A DNA stretch of 64,000 nucleotides, taken from NCBI RefSeq assembly GCF_006345805.1, contig NC_043018.1:19902001-19966000 (forward strand), in the 5' to 3' direction. The first letter of the stretch is position 1. Each line of letters opens with the position of its first letter. This DNA is from Octopus sinensis. Taxonomy: Eukaryota. The position numbers and the translations under genes are program-made. Under the pieces are notes generated by a model. That model made no database searches and was not told the origin of the DNA. It saw only the letters and a program-made list of their open reading frames with translations. Shown one piece after another: positions 24,114 through 37,429 of the stretch.

Positions 24114-24135
24114 ATATATATATATATATATATAT

Positions 24136-24225
<90 letters not shown>

Positions 24226-24227
24226 GA

Positions 24228-24640
24228 TATGTACTCTTTACTCTTTCACTTGTTTCAGTCATTTGACTGCGGCCATGCTGGAGCACCGCCTTTAGTCGAG
24301 CAAATCGACCCTGGGATTTATTCTTTGTAAGCCCAGTACTTATTCTATCGGCCTCTTTTGCCGAACAGCTAAGTGACGGGGACGCAAACACACCAGCATC
24401 GGTTGTCAAGCAATGCTAGGGGGACAAACACATACACACAAACACACACACATATACATATATATATACATATACATATATACGACAGGCTTCTTTCAGT
24501 TTCCATCTACCAAATCCACTCACAAGGCCTTGGTCGGCCCGGGGCTATAGCAGAAGACACTTGCACAAGATGCCACACAGTAGGACAGAACCTGGAACCA
24601 TGTGGTTGGTTAGCAAGCTACTTACCACACAGCCACTCCA
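24228..24640 (-). mobile_element. Family K SINE, full length
   Basis: CTCTTTACTCTTTCACTTGTTTCAGTCATTTGAC...ACCACACAGCCACTCC. Confidence 0.9.
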
Positions 24641-25319
24641 TATATATTATATGATATGTATATATATATGTACTATATTATATGTATTATTTTATATATG
24701 TATTGTGATATATGTAATGATTAAATTATATATAATGTACTCTGTTGTGCTTTGTTATATGCATGATCCATTCATCCATGAAAAAATAGTCCTACATGAG
24801 ACTGGTCCATGGGGCAGAAAAATATTGGAGACCAGTGCCGCCGCAGAGGGTCGATGGTGCTGCACTTCACTCCTGACTGAAGAATGCCAAAAAGAAAAAC
24901 GAAAATAACTAGCTGCTCTCCGACCGCCTCGAATAGCAATTGAGAACCAGCCATTTTCTAAAGTATTCTAATACCTTTAATTCTCTCTCAGAAACCAAAA
25001 AAAAATAATAAATAATGCAGTCTATCGCAATTGTACTACTTTGAATTTTGATCGTCAATTGTGATCCCCCAGTTTCATTGCCTTGATAGAGACATTTTCG
25101 ACATTTGTATAAATACAAATCAAAGTTCTGTCCTCGTTGTTCTAGACATCTGCATTCACATGCCAAAAGGATAATAGTAACATTTATTGAAATTCTATGC
25201 TATTTATCTAAAGAGTTTTGGGGGTTCTTTTTTTTTCTTCTTTTTACATCAAACTAGCAACCATAGAAGGAAAACGAAAATACAAGACAAAAAACAAGCA
25301 CCATTTTACTACAACTCTG

Positions 25320-25479
25320 TGTGTGTGTATGTGTGTATGTATATATATTTATATGTGTATATACATATGTATTCATATAAATATATATGCATATATGTAT
25401 ATATGTATATATACATATGTATTTATATAAATATATATGCATATTTATTTATATATGTATATACATATGTATATATATG

Positions 25480-25514
<35 letters not shown>

Positions 25515-25892
25515 CTATGTATATGCATATACATATGTATATGCATTCACACACACACAATATATACATATATACATATATAAATGTATATATGTATGTA
25601 TATATATGTACATATATACATGCATACTTATATATATGTATAATATATAAATGTATATATGTATGTATATATATATAACATATAAATGCATATATATATA
25701 TATGTACATACATGTGTATACACACACGCATGTATACACATGTATACACACACACGTATATATATTATTCATTTCATCATTGATTTTTTATATTATTAGT
25801 TGAAAGGATTATTATTATTGGTATTATTTTTTAAATTTTTCCTTTCTTATTACTTATTCCCATTATCATTATTGTCAAAAGTATCATTGTTA

Positions 25893-25948
<56 letters not shown>

Positions 25949-26303
25949 TTTATTGTTATCGTTATTATTATTATTATCATCATCATTATATTATTATTAT
26001 TTTATCATTATTATTATTATTATTATTATTTTATCATTATTATTATTATTATTATTATCATTATTATTATTATTATTATTATTATATGTTATCGTATTAT
26101 TATTATTAGATCATTATCATTATTATTATTATTATTTATCATTATTATTATTATTATTATATTATTATCATTATTATTATTATTATTAATATTATTATTA
26201 TTATTATTATTATTATTATCATCATTATTATTATTATTATTATATTATTATTGTTATCGTTATTATTATTATTATCATTATCATTATTATTATTATTATT
26301 TTA

Positions 26304-26349
<46 letters not shown>

Positions 26350-26385
26350 CATTATTATTATTATTATCATTATTATTTTTATTAT
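25320..26385. repeat. (TA/TG/CA)n tract followed by ~600-bp (ATT)n tract
   Basis: Direct reading; (ATT)n ~25780-26385. Confidence 0.95.
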
Positions 26386-26989
26386 AAAATATTTCACTAA
26401 GCTTATAGAACTAACACACAATAGAGTTTGATTGCTGTGCTACAAGACAAGACATCTATATTTGTATGTTTATTTATTTATTTATTTTTATTTTTTTTTG
26501 TATTCTTTTACATTTATTTGTCGTTTTATTCAAATTTTTGGTTGTCAAAAAAAAACAAAATATCTTTGAAAAATGATGCTAGAAAATCTAACAGTTTTAA
26601 ACTACAATCGATGTGATTTGCCGTTGGCCTCAATGTTCTCTGTTGAAAGTTATTTATGCGAAGGATTTCTATGACTGGAAGAAATAGTAATGCAATAATG
26701 CATTTTATGCGAAGACTGGAAGAGATCAAAGTGACTCTGATACGATAGAGATAGGTGCAGGTGTGGCTCAGCAGTTCAGTTATCAACCAAATGGTCTTGA
26801 GTTCAATCTCAATGTGTGGCACTTAGGACACATGTTTTCTGCCTTTGACTTTGGCCGAATGATGTCTTCTGAATGGCTTTGAGGACAGACACTGAACATT
26901 ATATGTGCCTCTGTGTGTGTGCATTCATGCATACATGCAAGTGTGCATGCATACATGCAAGCATGCATGCATACAGACAGACAAACAGA

Positions 26990-27241
26990 CAGATCAGTGA
27001 AAAGGAAAATACCTATGCTGAACTATTGAGAAATCTACTCTTACTTTACCCAGATTACAAGTTCAGGTTTATACCTGTAATTATTGGGGACCTGGGATAT
27101 GTAACACACTGCTTAAATAAAAATCTTGAGAAATTAGGCTTCTCAAAACCAGGAAGGAGAAAGCTAATTCGAAGTTTACAGATCTAATCCATCAGTGGAA
27201 CTGTAAATATCTGCAAAACTTTCCAGAGGTTTATCCTTTAA
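26990..27241 (+). pseudogene. C-terminal end of a restriction-like-endonuclease non-LTR retrotransposon (R4/Dong-like)
   Basis: EKENTYAELLRNL...FIPVIIGDLGYVTHCLNKNLEKLGF...LQI*SISGTVNICKTFQRFIL*; matches the KYxxL...IPxVIGALG...LQxxxLxGTxxI motif; TAA 27185-87 probably replaced CAA. Confidence 0.75.
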
Positions 27242-27534
27242 CTATATATGAGCATATCTAGATATGTAATTATATGCATGAGAATACATACATAAAACAT
27301 ACAAATCTGTTCATTGAGCTGCAGAAACGAGTTGCAGTGTCACAGGTGCCAAGCTGTATATCAGTCTTTATACATACATACATAGCGTTACACTGGGTAC
27401 TCAGTCATCAAAGTCAAGGTGAGTATGTAGAAAAGTTCTAAACAGGGAGATTCACGGTTTATAAAGAAAAAATAAAACAATAAAGAGTAAGAGTAGATAA
27501 AAGGATACAGACAGGAGAATAAAAGTTCACAATT

Positions 27535-27880
27535 GATTTTTTATCGACTCTGAAAGGATGAAAGGCAAAGTCGACTTCGGCAGAATTTGAACTCAGAATG
27601 TTAAGACAGACAAAATACCTATTTCTTTACTACCCACAAGGGGCTAAACACAGAGAGGACAAACAAGGACAGACAAAGGGATTAAGTTGATTACATCGGC
27701 CCCATTGCATAACTGGTACTTAATTTATCGACCCCAAAAGGATGGAAGGCAAAGTCGACCTCGGCGGAATTTGAACTCAGAATGTAGCGACAGGTGAAAT
27801 ACAGCTACGCAATTCGCCCGACGTGCTACCGCCAAGCATTTTGCCTGGCGAGCTAACATTTCTGCCAGCTTGCCACCTTA
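27535..27880 (-). mobile_element. Family M SINE inserted inside the head of another M SINE
   Basis: Outer copy breaks at AAATACC (~27619) and resumes at AAGCATTTTGCC (~27833); a near-complete inner copy lies between. Confidence 0.75.
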
Positions 27881-27999
27881 ACATATTGTTAATATTGAAA
27901 GAAAGAAAACGGAGGAATGTGTATGTATAAATAATTTATTTGCATGATATAACGAGGTTGAAAGTTTTATAATATATATGTGTCACATATAAAGCACCC

Positions 28000-28306
28000 A
28001 TGGTGGCGCCATGAAAGAACCTGTGCTGGCACCACATAAAAGAAACCACCAAGGGAAGTGGTTGGCATTAGGAATGGCACACAGCTGCAGAAAGCATGCC
28101 AAAACAGACAATTGGGGCCTGGTGCAGCTCTCCCAGCCTTGCCAGCTCCTGTCGAACCGTCCAACCCATGCCAGCATGGAAAGCGGACATCAAACGACGA
28201 CAACGACAACAATGATGATGATGATGACAACGACGACGACGATGATGATGATGATGACGACGACAACGATGATGATGATGATGATGACGACGATGATGAC
28301 GACGAC

Positions 28307-28338
<32 letters not shown>

Positions 28339-28720
28339 CGATGGCGATGATGATGATGATGACGATGATGATGATGATGACGACGACGACGACGACGACG
28401 ATGATGATCATGATGGTGATGGCGATGATGATGATGATGACGATGATGATGATGATGACGACGACAATGACGACGATGATGATGGTGATGGTGATGGTGG
28501 TGGTGGTGGTGGTGGTTTTGGTGGTGATGATGATGATGACGATGGTGGTGGTGGTGGTGGTGGTGGTGGTGGTGGTTTTGGTGGTGATGATGATGATGAC
28601 GATGGTGGCGGTGGTGGTGGTGGTAGTGGTGGTAGTTTTGGTGGTGATGATGATGATGACGACGGTGGTGGTGGTGGTTTTGGTTTTGGTGGTGATGATG
28701 ATGATGATGACAACGACGGC
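28000..28720 (+). repeat. T element whose (GAT)n tail is expanded into a ~520-bp GAT/GAC/GGT tract with a 60-bp higher-order unit
   Basis: GGACATCAAACGACGACAAC... runs into the tract; lines at 28501, 28561 and 28621 are near-identical 60-mers. Confidence 0.9.
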
Positions 28721-29087
28721 ATGATGGGAACACAAACATAAAAACAAGTGGAAAATCAATCACAACCAAATGGAAAAACCTCTCAGTGTCCTCAATCCAT
28801 AACAGTTTCTAATGTGTCTAGTTCCTTTCTATTTTTCATTTTTTCCCATGCTTAAATGCATGTATTCACTTCTTTATTAAACACATCCTTCTTCTCTCGA
28901 CTGTATATGGGGGTGGGGGGGTGGAGTCGCGTGTTCTGCCTGCATAACAATATGTAACGTTTTTAGCAGTTATATTCCATAGAATGCCTTCATTTAACCT
29001 CATCAAACAGCAGAGTCTATTGGCAGCGAGATTCTGTGATAAATATATTTTGATGATTTATTTTTGTGTCAAATAACAGCATCGCAC

Positions 29088-29515
<428 letters not shown>

Positions 29516-29835
29516 TACTTTCTTTTTCTCCTTTATTTATGTTGCATCATGGGAATTACATCGCAAAACACATCTTAACAGCATTTTTCCAGAATGATTT
29601 GGAGGAGGAGAGATTTGCAGTTTGATGTTAATTGCAAACGCTCAATTAGAAGTAGTACAGCTGCATCAAGGAATGAACGAAGGATGGCAGCGTCGGTTAT
29701 TTGGTTGGAATATATTAAATTGGCAGAGCTGGCACTGCCGACAGAATAACACATTCTAGGTGGGTGGGGCTGGAGTATGGAGTTACGTATATACATGTAC
29801 ATACGTACACAACACATAAATACATAAATATTCTT

Positions 29836-29899
<64 letters not shown>

Positions 29900-30344
29900 C
29901 CATACATACATACACTCACACATGTACTTGCGTATATATGTGTATATATATATATATATAATTATATATAAATTTGTTGAGCATTTGTGGAATCCTGTGG
30001 CTTTCACAGAAAGCTCTTCTTGTGGATCTTGCTACCAAATCACAGAGTAATCCAATATGGAGGAGTATAATGTAGAATCCCATGCAGCCGAAATCCAGGA
30101 GATCCAATCTATGAAATTATTTCATGAGGTCTGCATAGATATCAACCACTTGATACACCATATCAAATGATATCAAATGGTTGGCATTTTATGCTCTTTT
30201 TCCTTGTCTCTCTGTCTGTGTGTGTGTGTGTGTCTCTCTCTCTCTCTGTATATATACATACACACACACGCATATACATACATGTGTGTGCATCGCTGTA
30301 TAAATATGTATGCCTGTATATATATATATATATATATATGTATG

Positions 30345-32575
30345 GAATTTGTATCCTTGTGGTACCAGTGCCAGTGGCACACAAGAATCCATCCGAACGT
30401 GGCCGTAGTCAGTACCGCTTGTGGTACCAGTGCCGGTGGCACACAAGAATCCATCCGAACGTGGCCGTAGTCAGTACCGCTTGTGGTACCAGTGCCGGTG
30501 GCACACAAGAATCCATCCGAACGTGGCCGTAGTCAGTACCGCTTGTGGTACCAGTGCCGGTGGCACACAAGAATCCATCCGAACGTGGCCGTAGTCAGTA
30601 CCGCATCACTGGCCATCGTGCTGTGGGCACATAACAAACACCATCCGGTCGTGGCCGTTCGCCAGCCTCATCTAGCACCTGTGTCGGTGGCACATAAAAA
30701 ACACCTTCCGAAGACCCGGCAAGACTAGTCAGGCCATAAACCATGGCCCCTACCTGGGACGTAGTCAGTCCACCTGTGCATACCTTCCTCCTTGTGATAC
30801 TTGTGAAGGCCTGTTGAGGCAAGTGAAAATCAAAGGCCTGTTGAGGCAAGTGAAAATCAAAATCAAAATCAAAATCAAAATCAAAACAAATCAAAATAGA
30901 TGAACATCAATGGAATTGTATCTTTGTGGTACCAGTGCCGGTGGCACACAAGAGAAAACCATCCGAAAGTGGCCGTAGCCAGTACCGCATCGACTGGCCT
31001 CCGTTCTGTGGGCACATGACAAACACCATCCGATCGTGGCCGTTCGCCAGCCTCATCTAGCACCTGTGTCGGTGGCACATAAAAACACCATCCGAGACCC
31101 GGCAAGACTAGTCAGGCCATAACCCATGGCCCCTACCTGGGACGTAGTCAGTCCACCTGTGCATACCTTCCTTCTTGTGACACTTGTGAAGACTGTTGAG
31201 GCAAGTGAAAATCAAAATCAAAACAAATCAAAATAGATGACATCAATGGAATCTGTATCTTTGTGGTACCAGTGCCGGTGGCACACACTTTGTGGTACCA
31301 GTGCCGGTGGCACACATGAGAACCATCCAGTGCCGGTGGCACACACTTTGTGGTACCAGTGCCGGTGGCACACATGAGAACCATCCGAACGTGGCCGTAG
31401 CCAGTTCCGCATCGACCGGCCTCCGTGCTGTGGGCACGTAACAAACACCATCCGATCATGGCCGTTCGCCAGCCTCATCTGGCACCTGTGTCGGTGGCAC
31501 ATAAAAACACCTTCCGAAGACCCGGCAAGACTAGTCAGTCCACCTGTGCATACCTTCCTTCCTTCTTGTGACACTTGTGAAGACCGGTTGAGGCAAGTGA
31601 AAATCAAAATCAAATCAAATCAAAATAGACAAAATAGATGAACATCAATGGAATTTGTATCTTGTGGTACCAGTGCCTCTGGCACACAAGAAATCCATCA
31701 GTGCCGTAGTCAGTGCGGTGGGCACATGACAAACACCATCCGATCGTGGCCGTTCGCCAGCCTCATCTAGCACCTGTGTCGGTGGCACATAAAAACACCA
31801 TCCGAAGACCCGGCAAGACTAGTCAGGCCATAACCCATGGCCCCTACCTGGGACGTAGTCAGTCCACCTGTGCATACCTTCCTTCTTGTGACACTTGTGA
31901 AGACCTGTTGAGGCAAGTGAAAATCAATCAAATCAAATCAAAACAAATCAAAATAGATGAACATCAATGGAATTTGTATCTTTGTGGTACCAGTGCCGGT
32001 GGCACGTGGCATATAAGAAAACCATCCGAACGTGGCCGTAGCCAGTACCGCATCGACTGGCCTCCGTGCTGTGGGCACGTAACAAGCACCATCCGATCGT
32101 GGCCGTTTGCCAGCCTCATCTGGCACCTGTGTCGGTGGCACATAAAAACACCATCCGAGCGTGGCCGTCTGCCAGCCTCGTCTGGCACCTGTGTCGGTGG
32201 TGGCACATAAAAACACCATCCGAGCGTGGCCGTCTGCCAGCCTCGTCTGGCACCTGTGTCGGTGGCACATAAAAACACCATCCGAGCGTGGCCGTCTGCC
32301 AGCCTCGTCTGGCACCTGTGTCGGTGGCACATAAAAACACCATCCGAGCGTGGCCGTTTGTCAGCCTCGTCTGGCACCTGTGTCGGTGGCACATAAAATC
32401 ACCCACTACACTCTCGGAGTGGTTGGCGTTAGGAAGGGCATCCAGCTGTAGAAACACTGCCAGATCTGACTGGACTGGTGCAGCTTTCGGGCTCCCCAGA
32501 CCCCAGTTGAACCGTCCAACCCATGCTAGCATGGAAAGCGGACGTTAAATGATGATGATGATGATGATGATGATG
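30345..32575 (+). mobile_element. Giant family T element: 4-5 higher-order units (~320-560 bp) plus two 62-bp module arrays and a single 3' tail
   Basis: Unit start (ATCAA)TGGAA(T)TTGTATC near 30345, 30906, 31241, 31643 and 31963; GGTACC at 30361, 30423, 30485 and 30547; GTGGCCGT at 32099, 32161, 32226, 32288 and 32350; tail GGACGTTAAATGATG. Confidence 0.9.
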
Positions 32576-33469
32576 ATATATGCATCTGTGTGTGCGAAAG
32601 TGTGTATGTAAATTATTATCGTAAATTTTTTATTATTTTTGTTTATTTGCACTTAAGAGTTCAGGAACGAAGTACATTCACTTTAAAAATTCTGTGTTTG
32701 TTCCATTTTCCAAAATGCAAATACATTTTCTCCAATGATGTCCGACATTCCAAAAGATGTCAATCAATTTAATGACTTCTATTATAAACAGAACAATAAC
32801 AACAACAAAAATGGTAATTCTCCATAGAATGGTTCCTTTGCAGAATTTCAGTTTTAATTAGCTGCACATTTATTATCCAAGACAATGCAAATGGAACCAA
32901 ATTTTAAGTATTATCAAAGACTTATGAATTTAGTTTTAGCATTAAATCTTCTGCAGTTTTCACTCTCTGGAATTTTCATTTCTGTTTCACAGAGTTTTTG
33001 AGTAATTCTTACTAATTCCTAGAAATTTTTGATGCCACAGTCTGAAAAATGAGTTCCATGTTTGGCGTTTTGGAAGCGAATTCTTTATTGGATTCTCAGA
33101 GAGAAAAACTATTCTAAGAAAAAAAAACAAAAACTTTTTAAAAATGTTTTTAAAACTGTAAATAACATTGAAAATCTCCTTAAATGGTTGCTGCTGCTGC
33201 TGCCGCCACTGCTGCTACCGCTTCTTGTTGTTTCCTTCTTTGCTTCCTCTTCCCCCTTCTCTATCTTTATTCATTTGCATATTTCTTTAATCATTCCTTT
33301 ATTGTAAAAGCTTCACAACAAAGGTAACCCATCTTATTTTTTTCTCCATACTGCGGAAGAATTCTTCTATGCTGACATATCTAAATTTCCGCACGCACAC
33401 ACACCCACATGCACACATTCATATATTCACAGCCTCCACATGTGGTTTCAACCACAGCCTCCACATGTG

Positions 33470-34010
33470 GTTTCAACCACAGTCTCCACATGACTTTGGA
33501 ATCTCCTGCAACTCATCTGGACAGTCTCCTTGCTTAAGTTGGTGAATGCTGCCATAATCCTTGCCTTCAGTTCATCTTTGGTGTTACAAGGAGTTTTGTT
33601 GGTCTCCTGTTCAACTGCACTCCACACATAATAATCAAGGGGTTTGCAGTCTGGGGAGTTAGGTGGCCTTTGTTAGGGGTGATGTGGTTGCAGAAATTGC
33701 CTGACAGCCATCACTGGGTTTTCCTGCTTGTGTGGTATAGTGCAGAGTCCTTTTGCTAGACGTAGGGTTTTCCAGCAGCCACTCTCTTGACCCAGGGCAG
33801 CATAACCCTTCTAGGTACTTGATGTAGGCCTCTATGTTGAGTGTGAGGCCATGTGGGAAGATGAATGGAGGCATAACGTTGCCATCACTAGTGATTACTC
33901 CAAACACCATGATGTTGACTGGATGTTTGATTTTTATTATTCTTGGTACATGTTCTGGGGACAAGAATAGCCAACGGTTGTTCTGTGCATTGACCATCTG
34001 TTCACATTAG
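33470..34010 (-). pseudogene. Tc1/mariner-superfamily DD37D (maT-type) transposase, C-terminal part, disrupted
   Basis: NAQNNRW...KHPVNIMVFGVITSDG...LPWVKRVAAGKPYV*QKDSA..HT...WPPNSPDCNPLDYYVW; 37 residues between the last two Asp after frameshift repair. Confidence 0.85.
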
Positions 34011-34539
34011 CACTTCTGGCATGAATGTCAAGCAGTACAGTAAGTCGTTTTCAAACTTCTGGCAGAGTGAATTGTGTCATTGTACTGCTTTTCTCACAGG
34101 CAGTGCCCAACTGACCCTACTATACTGTGTAGTCGACAAAATCAAAAACAAACAATGCACATGCAAAAAACCAAAAAATAGAAAATGGCAACAATTTATC
34201 CATCACACCCTGTATATATACCCAATTGATTACTCAGGAGAGACCTGGACATTGCCATTTGATAGCCAAAATAGAATGGGTGTAGAAAATTTCCTTTAGT
34301 TAAAGAATTAGTCGAAACAATTCTCAGAGAACCGTTATTCCCACGCTTAGGATAATTTCAGCAACATATTTCAGTAACTCAAGTATCTCACTTGTGGTTG
34401 GAGCATCTCTACAAGAAGCCATTTCGTGCTGGAAATTAGGAAGTGGGGAGTTTTGGGTTTACGAAATTCATATTTTGGTTTAATTACAAACCTCCTCGTT
34501 AGTGTGGTTGACTAAAATATAGTGGCATGTTGGTTACTG

Positions 34540-34860
34540 TTGTTGTTGTTGTTGTTGTTGTTGATTACGAAGGTGGTTGTGGTGGTGGTGATCTATGACA
34601 TTGGTAGGGGGTAGCAATGGTGGTGATGATCATGAAAATGATGGTGGTGGTGGTGGTGGTGGTGGTGAAGGGGGTTTTGGTTGTAATGATGGTGATAGTG
34701 GCAGTGATGATGATAATAATTGTAATTATGGTGATGGGGATAGGTGATGATGATGATGATGTTGATGATGATGATGGTGGTCGTGATGGTGGTGGTGATG
34801 ATGGTGATTGTGGTGTTGATGGTGATGGCGATGATGATGACAATGATGATGACGATGATT
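34540..34860. repeat. (GTT)/(GGT)/(GAT) trinucleotide low-complexity tract
   Basis: Direct reading. Confidence 0.9.
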
Positions 34861-35045
34861 ATTTTTTCCTTATTCACCACAATCTTTCACCGAGGGTTAC
34901 AAAGGAGATAGAATGTGGGGTGCGTAAAAAACTCCCCACATAAATCAAACTATGAAGGGTGGAGAGAGTAAGAGACCTTATACAATATATGAGAGGATGT
35001 ATTAAGAATTTCAAAAGTATACACACACATGCATATATATGTATA

Positions 35046-35116
<71 letters not shown>

Positions 35117-35171
35117 ATATGTGCATGTATATATATATATACATATATATCTGTATACACGTATATATGTA

Positions 35172-35535
35172 CATGCCTATATGTGTATATACATGGCTGT
35201 GTGGTAAGAGTTTTGCTTCCCAACCACATGGCTCTGGGTTCAATCCCACTATGCAACACCTTGGGCAAGCATCTGCTTTAACCCTGGGTTGTGAGTGGAT
35301 TTGTTAGATGGAAACTGAAAGAAGCCCATTGTATATGGATGTGTGTGTGTGTGTGTCTTTGTTTTTGCCCATCAGCACTGCTTGACAACCAGTGTTGGTC
35401 TTTACACGTCTCCATAACTTAGCGGATCAGCAAAAGTGACTGATAGAATAGGTGCTAGGGTTGATTTGTTTGACATAACCTTTCAAAGCAGTGCTCCAGC
35501 ATGACCGCTGTCCAATGAGTGAAACAATGGAAAGA
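35172..35535 (+). mobile_element. Family K SINE, diverged
   Basis: TGGCTGTGTGGTAAG...CCTTGGGCAAG...GTGCTCCAGCATG. Confidence 0.8.
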
Positions 35536-35991
35536 TGAGAGTAACACACACACACACACATAGATGTATGCATGCAAATGATACATACGTATACACACAC
35601 ATATACACACACATATACACACACATATACACATACACATGCTCACATGTTTGCCGAAGAATAAATATAAAAGATACAATAAAACAGCAATTAAAAAAAG
35701 ATATAATTTCAGGAAATAAAACATGAAAGATTACTATTCAAGTTAAATTAGGACACTCTAAAAACTCATTTTCTTAACCATTTCTGACATTGTATCTGAG
35801 TGCAACCAAATACACCACTATGCATTTTTTTTGGAGAATATAGAAAGAAGTGTAAAACTGATAACCATATAATCCAACCAAAATATCTCAGTTACGCAAA
35901 TGTAAACAGAATTACTATTTAGCCTTAAAATAAATCATACATTTTCAAAGAACCTTCTTGGTTTAGTGGTACGGCATGTTCTTCTGGTATT

Positions 35992-36191
35992 CTTTTATTC
36001 TTTCACTTGTTTCAGTCATTTGACAGTGGTCATGCTGGAGTACTGCCTTTTAGTCAAAGAGATTGACCGCTGGACTTATTCCCTGTAAGCCAGGTGCTTA
36101 TTTTATCAGACTCTTCTGCCGAACAGCTAAGTTACGAGGACGCAAACACACCAACATCAGTTGTCGAACAATGGTGGTGGTGAGTCAAACA

Positions 36192-36278
<87 letters not shown>

Positions 36279-36325
36279 ATATATATATATATAGGGCTTC
36301 TTTCAGTTTTCATCTACCAAATTCT
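35992..36325 (-). mobile_element. Family K SINE, 3' two-thirds
   Basis: CACTTGTTTCAGTCATTTG...GGGCTTCTTTCAGTTT. Confidence 0.8.
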
Positions 36326-36424
36326 ATTTTGAAGAAATTCTTCCTTTGAAGTAAGTGTGACACACACCGCAGGTACGTACAAAATCAAACAAAACTAAGT
36401 GTATTAATATCATTTATAATAATA

Positions 36425-36635
36425 TCAAATTTTGGCACAAGGCCAGTAATCACAGTGGGGAGAGTTTAGTTGACTACACTGACCCCATTACTCAACTAGT
36501 ACTTAATTTATCGACCCTGAAAGGATGAAAGACAAAGTTGACTTCGGTGGAATTTGAACTCAGAATGTAAAAACAGATGAAATGCTGCTAAGCATTTTGT
36601 CCAGCATGCTAATGATTCTGCCTGCTTGCCACTTT
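36425..36635 (-). mobile_element. Family M SINE
   Basis: AAATTTTGGCACAAGGCCAG...GAAAGGATGAAAG...GAATTTGAACTC. Confidence 0.8.
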
Positions 36636-37429
36636 AACAATAGTAATAATAACAACTTCAACAATAATAATAACTTCAACAACAACAACAATGATAATAA
36701 TCTGTGTACATAAATTTGGTACATAATAAATTGGATTAGTGGATGGACTAATTAATCAAAGTGTTATGTCAGTGTAAATACCAAATGGATGGTGCTGATA
36801 GTTTAATCAATCACTAGTATTGGTTTAGTTCCATTCGATCAATCACAGCTGCCATGGATTAAAGATTTAGTTTAGTGAAGAAATTTATCAATATTGATGT
36901 TGAGTAATGATTTAGTCTTGTTGAATCAATCAATCATTACTGGCATGGTAATGTAGATTAACGATTTAGTTCAATCAATCACGGCAGTGAAATATTAACG
37001 ATTTAGCCTAACTAATCAATCATCATCAAATAAATGAATAAAATAAGTAAGAATAGTGTTGCTATCATTCACAATCGAGCGTGACCAGGTGCCAACGTCA
37101 TCGCACTCATTATGACCATTACTGTCAGCATCATCATCATCATCATCATCATCAATGGCAGCAGTAGCAACAGCAGTAGTTTTTGCTAATTATCTTATGT
37201 TTTTGCTTAATTGCAATCAGATATAGACACCCTTGTCACTCTCCCCACCCTTAAACCCTTAGCATTTAAATCAACCTTATCTGACGAAAATACTCAATGT
37301 GTTTCATGTTCAAATCAGCTAGATCCAGCTCCCACCTCTTACCCCTACCCTGCAATATTCTCACTGTTTTATGTGCAACACAGCCAGATCTGGCCTCTCA
37401 CGTTCACCCTACAATGTCCTTCTTAAGCT

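Noticed and set aside
24872-24915. CTGAAGAATGCC...CGAAA hammerhead-like motif
   Set aside because: Stem II and stem I partners are absent; at most a very decayed relic.
30358-30603. CRISPR-like appearance of the 62-bp repeats
   Set aside because: Units are contiguous and nearly identical with no unique spacers; no cas genes; eukaryotic context.
31905-31965. CTGTTGA-GGCAAGT-GAAA as a hammerhead in the large T units
   Set aside because: Core lacks A6, stem II barely pairs, and no stem III/NUH arrangement could be built.
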